A stretch of 64,000 nucleotides of DNA from Planctomycetota bacterium (lineage in GTDB: Bacteria; Planctomycetota; UBA11346): contig JBBQSO010000008.1 in NCBI GenBank assembly GCA_038213805.1, positions 1-64,000 of the forward strand, written 5' to 3'. Below the pieces are notes generated by a model. That model did no database searches, was not told the DNA's origin, and saw nothing but the letters and a program-made list of their open reading frames with translations. Within the stretch, counting starts at the first letter, position 1, and each line of letters opens with the position of its first letter. Below, piece after piece: positions 58,107 to 64,000 of this stretch. A program made the translations under genes and the position numbers.

Positions 58107-59531
58107 GCCGGCGGCCCCGCCGCCGAGCGTCTCGATCTGCTTGCCGGCGAGCCCGACCAGATTGGCGACCATCAGCGCCCCGGTATTCCGCCACTCTCCG
58201 CCTGAGTTGGTCGCGAGTTTGAGGTAGCAGCTGCGCGGGATGCCGGGATACGCGCTGTCGAGATGCACCCAGCGCCCACCAATGTAGGCGCTGTTCCAGG
58301 CGTGGCCGACCCAACCGCCGAAGTCCGCCGCGAAGACCAGGCCATCCTCGACGCGCGCCGGGATGCCGGCGATGCGCAGGGCGGCGCAGAGCAGGTTGGC
58401 GTGCTCGGTGCAGTCGCCGGTGCGCGTGCGGAAGGCTTCGAGCGCCGAGGCGTCGCCCTTGCTCAGGTCCTTGGTGGTGATGTGGCCGCGCACCGCCAGG
58501 CGCAGCTGCTCGGCGAGATCGGCCTGATCGGCCTCGTGCCCCTTGGCGACGCCCTGCACCCAGGCGCGCAGCGCCGCATCATCGGTTTCGAGCTGCGGCG
58601 TGGCGCGCAGCAACGGCGCGGGATCGGCGAGGGGCGCTGGCGCAGCGCGGGCAGTGACGGTCACCACGCCATCCGCCAGGTGCTGGAACTCGTCCTCGGC
58701 GACGGTGCCACCAGGCGGCATGCGGTAGCGGTTGACCGGGCCGGCGGCGGGCGCGGGGCCGCGAGCATCGACCAGACCGGTCGGGGACAACTCGGCGCCC
58801 TCGAGCGGAACCGGACCGGGACTGGGGAGCAGCTCCAGCACCATCGGTCCGATGCTCAGGCCGACGCCAGCGAGTTGGCCCGTCGGCGTGACGGTGGTCG
58901 ACATCGGGATCGGCATCTGGTCCATCAGCATGGTGAAGACCAGGTTCCCGGCCGGGGTGGTGCGTACGAAGGTCGCGGTGATATCGACGATCTGCACCTG
59001 GTTGCCGAGCAGGTTGATACCCGAAAAGCGTTCCTGCTGGCCGGCCTTCCATGGGTGCGCGACGAGCAGCTCCTGTCCGGCCTGCTGGCCGAGCAGGCGC
59101 GTGCCGGGCGGAATGGGCAGGCGCTGCTCGGTGGTGCGATCGAGGTGATGGACAGTGGCGACCACCTCGTCGCCCACCACCTTGCCGACCGCACTGGTGG
59201 TCTCGCCACCCTCGACGTGGTCGAAGTGGAACGCGACGATGCGGCCGTCGGCACCATCGACATAGGCCTGGGACTCGCGCGTCTCGAAGCGCATGGCGGA
59301 GGCGCCGAGGGTGCGTGAGATCAGGAAGACCATCTCCGAGGTGTCGCTGCGCGTCCCATCGGCGTGCTTCGTCACCGCCGCATGGATGGTCATCGCCGGC
59401 TGCGCGTTGAGCCTGCCGACGAACCACAGGTCCGACTCCAGCACGTCGCTCTCAGCCGCTGCCAGAGCGCCGCAGAGCAGCAGGACGGCGTGGAGGCGGC
59501 AGACAGCAGGCAGCATGCGGAAAATGGGCAT
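58065..59531 (-). CDS. Secreted transglutaminase-like protein
   Basis: Signal peptide; catalytic triad GDCTEHA / GHAW / WVHLD. Confidence 0.88.
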   Translation of the reverse strand: MPIFRMLPAVCRLHAVLLLCGALAAAESDVLESDLWFVGRLNAQPAMTIHAAVTKHADGTRSDTSEMVFLISRTLGASAMRFETRESQAYVDGADGRIVAFHFDHVEGGETTSAVGKVVGDEVVATVHHLDRTTEQRLPIPPGTRLLGQQAGQELLVAHPWKAGQQERFSGINLLGNQVQIVDITATFVRTTPAGNLVFTMLMDQMPIPMSTTVTPTGQLAGVGLSIGPMVLELLPSPGPVPLEGAELSPTGLVDARGPAPAAGPVNRYRMPPGGTVAEDEFQHLADGVVTVTARAAPAPLADPAPLLRATPQLETDDAALRAWVQGVAKGHEADQADLAEQLRLAVRGHITTKDLSKGDASALEAFRTRTGDCTEHANLLCAALRIAGIPARVEDGLVFAADFGGWVGHAWNSAYIGGRWVHLDSAYPGIPRSCYLKLATNSGGEWRNTGALMVANLVGLAGKQIETLGGGAAGGSGSPEVRKSGSP

Positions 59532-59628
59532 GGGTGGCTCCGCATGCCATGATGGCGTCTGCCGATTCACCAGGAAGGCCGGAGATGGGGAGGCGTGACA
59601 GCGGCGCCCGTGGGGATTTCGCGACTCC

Positions 59629-60123
59629 TCAGGCGAGCGGCCACTCCAACCGCCCCTCCCACTCCGGATCCCGACCCGCCTGGATCGAGTCCATGGCGCG
59701 GTTGGTCAGCGCATCGACGCGCTCGTTCCCAGGATTCCCCGCGTGCCCCTTCACCCATTGCCAGCGCACCGTGTGCTGCTGGGTGAGCACGTCGAGCTCC
59801 TTGAGCAGGTCGACGTTCTTGAGCGGGCCGTCCTTCTTTTTCCAGCCCTTGGCCTTCCAGCCGGGCATCCACTCGCTCACCGACTTGATCAGATATTGGC
59901 TGTCGCTGTGGATCAGCACCGCCAGCCCCGGCTTGCGCAGCGAGCGCAGGCCCATGATCGCGGCCAGCATCTCCATACGGTTGTTGGTGGTCTCGCGCTC
60001 GCCGCCGCAGCGCTCGAGCGCCTGATGGCTGAGCGGATTGATGGCCAGGAAGCCCCAACCGCCCGGCCCGGGGTTACCACGGCAACCGCCGTCGGTGTAG
60101 AGGACGACGTCGGGCTGGGTCAT
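59629..60123 (-). CDS. rnhA: Ribonuclease HI
   Basis: YTDGGCRGNPGPGG, TTNNRME, SDSQY, KNVDL and WVKGHAG..GNERVD. Confidence 0.96.
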   Translation of the reverse strand: MTQPDVVLYTDGGCRGNPGPGGWGFLAINPLSHQALERCGGERETTNNRMEMLAAIMGLRSLRKPGLAVLIHSDSQYLIKSVSEWMPGWKAKGWKKKDGPLKNVDLLKELDVLTQQHTVRWQWVKGHAGNPGNERVDALTNRAMDSIQAGRDPEWEGRLEWPLA

Positions 60124-60839
60124 GGGGCCACCTCGTCCGCATCCGCCCAGGCGAGTCCTGGGGGCAGCGGCGCAGCGCACCATTCGACGTGCAGGACGCG
60201 CCGCTGTCCAGGGGCGAGCGCCGGCGCGGAGGCGTGCAGCAGCAGCGGATGGACGGCGAGAACCTCGCCACGCGCTGCCGTCAGGAAGCTGCGCGGAACG
60301 CGTGCGCACCAGCGCTGGATGCCGTCGGCCTCGAGCGGACCGTCGCGGTGCGAGCCCGGCAGCACCTCCAGCGGTGCGTTATCCGCGCCGCAGTCGTCCA
60401 AGTGCAGGCGCAGGGCCAAGCGCTGGACGCTGTGCAGGTCCGGCAGGCGCACATGCGGGCGGCCGTCTTTGATCGACCACAGTACCCAGCCGGGCAGGTC
60501 GAGGCGCGCGCGCAGCGGCGCCGTCAGGTCCTGGTGCCAGGGCACGCGCCAATTGGCCTCCGGCTGCTTATCGAACAGCACCGCGCTGATCGCCGCCGCT
60601 CCGGGCGCAAGCAACGCCGCGACGACAGCCTGGACCGGCGCACAGCGCACCCATGCGGCGACCGCCGGCAGGGCCAGCAGGTCGCGCGCCGCGTAGGCCG
60701 CGCGTCCCGGGCGCTGGTGACGCGAAGTCGCCAAAGTCAGGGCCGACACCAGGTCGTTGAGCTGCGCAGGAGTGACCAAGCCGGTCAACAGGGCATGACC
60801 AGCGCTCTGGTATGCGTCCCTTACAGCCGCCTCAACCAT
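60120..60839 (-). CDS. Phytanoyl-CoA dioxygenase-family Fe(II)/2OG enzyme
   Basis: FDK...ANWRVPWHQD, RLHLDD, LPGSH, LLHAS and RRVLH. Confidence 0.88.
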   Translation of the reverse strand: MVEAAVRDAYQSAGHALLTGLVTPAQLNDLVSALTLATSRHQRPGRAAYAARDLLALPAVAAWVRCAPVQAVVAALLAPGAAAISAVLFDKQPEANWRVPWHQDLTAPLRARLDLPGWVLWSIKDGRPHVRLPDLHSVQRLALRLHLDDCGADNAPLEVLPGSHRDGPLEADGIQRWCARVPRSFLTAARGEVLAVHPLLLHASAPALAPGQRRVLHVEWCAAPLPPGLAWADADEVAP

Positions 60840-62001
60840 CGGCGGGAACAGTCTCTTCCGGGGCCTTGTCGGCGTACCCAGCACGGAAGCGCGCCGCAAA
60901 CTCCGCGCTGCGGCCGGCGCGGATCGCGGCGCGCAGCCGCGCCATCAGCTGGCGGTAGTAGGCGAGGTTGTGCACGCTGAGCAGCTGCCCGCCAAGGATC
61001 TCGCCGCTTTTCAGCAGGTGATGGAGGTAGCCGCGCGACACCCGGCTGGCCTGGCTCGCCGTGCCCGCGTCGAGCGGTGCGGTGTCGCCCGCGAACTCGC
61101 CGCGCTTGACGCGCAGAGGACCATGGTCGGTATAAGCGATGCCGTGACGGCCCATGCGCGTGGGCAGCACGCAGTCGAACTGGTCGATGCCGCGCACCAC
61201 CGCCTCGACCAGGTCGAGCGGCGTGCCCACGCCCATCAGGTAGCGCGGCTTGGCCGCCGGCAGCAGCCCGGCCATCCAGTCGAGCACACGCAGGCGGTCG
61301 GCAAACGTCTCGCCCACCGCCAGGCCGCCGAGCGCATAACCGGGCAGGTCGTGCGTCAGGGCGTCGGCGAGCGAGGCCTCGCGCAGGTCGCGGTGCAGGC
61401 CACCCTGGATGATGGCGTAGAGCGCCTGGCTGGTGGCGCCGCCGGGCAGTGCGGCAGTGGCCGGCGCGCGCCACGCCGCGACCGAGCGCGCCAGCCACAG
61501 CGCGGTGCGGCGGTTGCAGGCCTCGACCGCGTCGCGCGCGGCGTCGGCCGGCGGGCACTCGTCGAAGGCCATGATGATGTCGGCGCCAAGCAGGCGCTGG
61601 ATGCGCACGCTTTCCTCGGGGGTGAGCAGGAAGGGCGCGCCGTCAAGATGGCTGCGGAAGGCCACCCCCTCGTCGCTGATCTTGCGCTGCGCGGCCAGGC
61701 TGAACACCTGGTAGCCGCCGGAATCGGTGAGCATCGGCCCGCGCCACCCGGTGAAGGCGTGCAAGCCGCCGAGGTCGTGCACGCGCTGCGCGCCCGGGCG
61801 CAGTGCGAGGTGGTAGGTGTTGCACAGCATCACACCCTGGCCGAGTTCCTCGGCCTGCTGCACGGTCACGCCCTTGAGGCCGCCGAGAGTGGCGACCGCC
61901 ATGAAGCAGGGCGTGGGCACGCGGCCGTGCGGGGTCTCAAGCACGCCAGCGCGCGCGGGGCCGTCAGTCGCGACCACTGAAAAGCCGAGCGGCCCGTTCA
62001 C
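60832..62001 (-). CDS. tgt: tRNA-guanine transglycosylase (bacterial type); start approximate
   Basis: TPCFM, NTYHL, TDSGGYQVFSL, AFDEC, IQGG, GGLAVGE, PRYLMGVG and DQFDCVLPTR. Confidence 0.95.
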   Translation of the reverse strand: MNGPLGFSVVATDGPARAGVLETPHGRVPTPCFMAVATLGGLKGVTVQQAEELGQGVMLCNTYHLALRPGAQRVHDLGGLHAFTGWRGPMLTDSGGYQVFSLAAQRKISDEGVAFRSHLDGAPFLLTPEESVRIQRLLGADIIMAFDECPPADAARDAVEACNRRTALWLARSVAAWRAPATAALPGGATSQALYAIIQGGLHRDLREASLADALTHDLPGYALGGLAVGETFADRLRVLDWMAGLLPAAKPRYLMGVGTPLDLVEAVVRGIDQFDCVLPTRMGRHGIAYTDHGPLRVKRGEFAGDTAPLDAGTASQASRVSRGYLHHLLKSGEILGGQLLSVHNLAYYRQLMARLRAAIRAGRSAEFAARFRAGYADKAPEETVPADG

Positions 62002-62024
62002 GAACGTGATCTCCGCACAGCGCC

Positions 62025-62059
62025 GCACTCCGCACTCCGCACTCCGCACTCCGCACACG
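62025..62059. repeat. Solo (GCACTCC)4-5 heptamer array
   Basis: Same unit as the arrays at 20127 and 24121; lies between the SpoIID stop and the tgt start. Confidence 0.88.
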
Positions 62060-62083
62060 CGCGTCTGATCATCTCCGTTGTCA

Positions 62084-63568
62084 TCACCACTTCGGCACCA
62101 GGCGCACACGCGGATAGAAGAAGCGTAAGATCTCGGTCGCGAGTCGGCCCTGCTGGGCCATCTCCCATGCGCTGATCTGGCTCATGCCCACGCCGTGGCC
62201 GTAGCCGAGGCACTCGATGCGGTAGTCCTTGCGCAGCGGATCATCCTTGGCGTCGATCTTCTCAGGACTGCGCGCCGACCACAGCGTCGAGCGGATGCGG
62301 CCGTTGCCGATCATGCGCCGGAACCACGCCGCCGGCAGCTCGATCGGCTCACCCAGGGTATGGTCGATGATCACCGTCTCGACGCGGTTCGACTGCGGGT
62401 TGCGCCGGCCGACGCGCAGGTTCTTGGTGTGGCCGATGGGGCGCGCGTCGCCGAGCTGCTTGAAGAGCTTGATCAGGCCGCTGCGGATGTCGGCCGGGCG
62501 GATGACGTCGCTGGTGACCCAGTGGGTGGCAAGGTAGCCGAGCTGGTCAGCGCCCGCTTGGCAATAGGGATCGGCCTGCGCGGGCATGATCTCCGGCGGC
62601 AGCGCGTGCCCGTAGGCATCGTGCGCGTCAGGGAACACCGACGCGACGCTGGCGGTGTAGCCGCCCGAACTCGCCGAGAAGTACGGTGCGAAGGGGAACG
62701 AACCGTCGCTCTGGTCGGTGCAGGTGATGGTGCCGCGGGTCTCGACCACCGCCCGCGTGACCAGGTCGGTGCCGTTGCCGTGGCCGCGGTAGTCCTGGTC
62801 GTCGACGCCGTCGACGATATCGAAGGGCTGGCGGGCGTAGCGCGCCGCCCAGGCACGCGCGTAGGCGTAGCTGCGGCTCACCACGGCCTGGGCCTTGAGC
62901 GCTTCAATCGGGAAGCTCGGCGACATCTCGACCGCCACTACGCCGTCCACGTAGGCCTCCATGGGCAGGCAGTCGATCACCATCAGCTGCTTCTCGCTCT
63001 TCCACAGGATCTCGGCGCTGCCGCGATAACGGCGGTCGGTCAGGCCGAAGACCGGCTGGCTGTCCGCGGCCTCGAAGCCGGTCGGGTCGAGGTGGCCCGG
63101 CGCGGCCTTGGCGTTCTCGGCCGTGGGGCTGAGCGTGGTGCGCTGTGGCTGCACGCGCACGCGATTGACGTTCCAGCGCACCTCTTTGCCGCCGCTGCCC
63201 CACTCCTTGCTGGACAGGGTCATGCCGTCGGGGCCGTCGACCAGGATGAAGAGCTTGGCGCCGCTGCGCAGGGTCAAATGCCGCTCGGCGTTGTCGGGGT
63301 CGTCGGGGGTGACGACGTCGACGTCCTGGAAGATGGTCAGTTCGACCTGCTCCTGGGTGCGGCTGGGCTCGGCGAGCGGATCCTTGCCGGAGCGGTTGCT
63401 GAGCAGCACGCGCACCCCGGGGTCCTGGCCGGCACCTTTGGCGTAGGGGCCGAAAACGCCATCGTCGTGCTCCTTGACCAGCCCCTGGATCAAGCTGACC
63501 ACGAAATAGGCGAGCAGGCCGAGCAGCATCACCCCGCGCACCCATTTGAAGACCACGTCGGCGTTCAT
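62084..63568 (-). CDS. SpoIID/LytB-domain protein (peptidoglycan lytic transglycosylase-like), N-terminal membrane anchor
   Basis: RRYRG, EAYVDGVVAVEM, EALKAQAVVSRSYA, FSASSGG, GYGHGVGMSQ and ILRFFYP. Confidence 0.92.
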   Translation of the reverse strand: MNADVVFKWVRGVMLLGLLAYFVVSLIQGLVKEHDDGVFGPYAKGAGQDPGVRVLLSNRSGKDPLAEPSRTQEQVELTIFQDVDVVTPDDPDNAERHLTLRSGAKLFILVDGPDGMTLSSKEWGSGGKEVRWNVNRVRVQPQRTTLSPTAENAKAAPGHLDPTGFEAADSQPVFGLTDRRYRGSAEILWKSEKQLMVIDCLPMEAYVDGVVAVEMSPSFPIEALKAQAVVSRSYAYARAWAARYARQPFDIVDGVDDQDYRGHGNGTDLVTRAVVETRGTITCTDQSDGSFPFAPYFSASSGGYTASVASVFPDAHDAYGHALPPEIMPAQADPYCQAGADQLGYLATHWVTSDVIRPADIRSGLIKLFKQLGDARPIGHTKNLRVGRRNPQSNRVETVIIDHTLGEPIELPAAWFRRMIGNGRIRSTLWSARSPEKIDAKDDPLRKDYRIECLGYGHGVGMSQISAWEMAQQGRLATEILRFFYPRVRLVPKW

Positions 63569-63862
63569 GCGCGCAGCACCGTACGTGGCCCCCGCCATGT
63601 GGCTACTGGCAACCCCCCGGCTCCGCAGGGTGCTGGACGGCACCCGACGAGACCGCTGGCAGTGCGCTGGCAAAGGCCGGGATGCGTCCTGCTCACGGTG
63701 CAGATTGCGGGAATTCCCTACATCCCGCGCCCAGGACCACGCTCCATTCGGGATCGGAAACTGCATATTCCCGCACGGATCCGCATAGCGAAGCAGGGAA
63801 TGCTCCTGCGCGTGCGTAGCGCTGCGGCTAGACTCGTGGGACCTTCACCGCTGGACCGCGCC

Positions 63863-64000
63863 ATGCCCTCCGCCTTTGCCCGTCGCGCCGCCGTGCGCCC
63901 CCTGCTCGCCGCGACCCTGCTCGCGCTCGCCCGTCTGGCCGGCGCCGAGGACATGCCAGATCCCCTGCCGCTGAGCAAAGTCCCGCCGGCGCCGGTGGTA
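63863..64000 (+). CDS. Secreted protein, N-terminus only (runs off the right edge)
   Basis: MPSAFARRAAVRPLLAATLLALARLAGAEDMPD... signal-peptide-like; open to the window end. Confidence 0.5.
   Translation, partial: MPSAFARRAAVRPLLAATLLALARLAGAEDMPDPLPLSKVPPAPVV

Overview
High-GC bacterial chromosome segment, most likely Planctomycetota. The evidence is a DUF1549/DUF1553 planctomycete cytochrome-c protein paired with a DUF1501 protein, plus a Zn-ribbon Ser/Thr kinase. The window is mostly housekeeping: cysD/cysNC, dinG, tsaA, pgi, ruvX, rnpB, rnr, cobA-hemD, manA, miaB, truD, glnD, aroA, rsmD, murJ, rnhA and tgt. It also holds a sugar-ABC/shikimate-dehydrogenase-like catabolic operon under a XylR-type regulator, a phosphatase/HPr/anti-sigma cluster, and an IS630 end at the left edge that the ORF track missed. 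The most striking unexplained signal is a family of small intergenic elements built as (7- or 8-mer)n, then a 36-110 nt core, then (reverse-complement)n. There are six GTCCGGAA copies whose cores fall into two length classes (61-67 and 94 nt) and are homologous in either orientation. The same design recurs with GGAGTGC, GGCTGAT, GCGGAGAC, CGCCAAGA and AGCGAGC units. Several copies supply the stop codons or terminal peptides of neighbouring genes. Other oddities are a plant-cytosolic-type Pgi, a CysD carrying an APS-reductase-like CC/CxxC motif, a degenerate APS-kinase domain, a Cys-less TGT zinc site, a three-way attenuator before an EamA transporter, and an RGG-type tail on RNase R. All assignments come from reading motifs by eye; no database searches were run.
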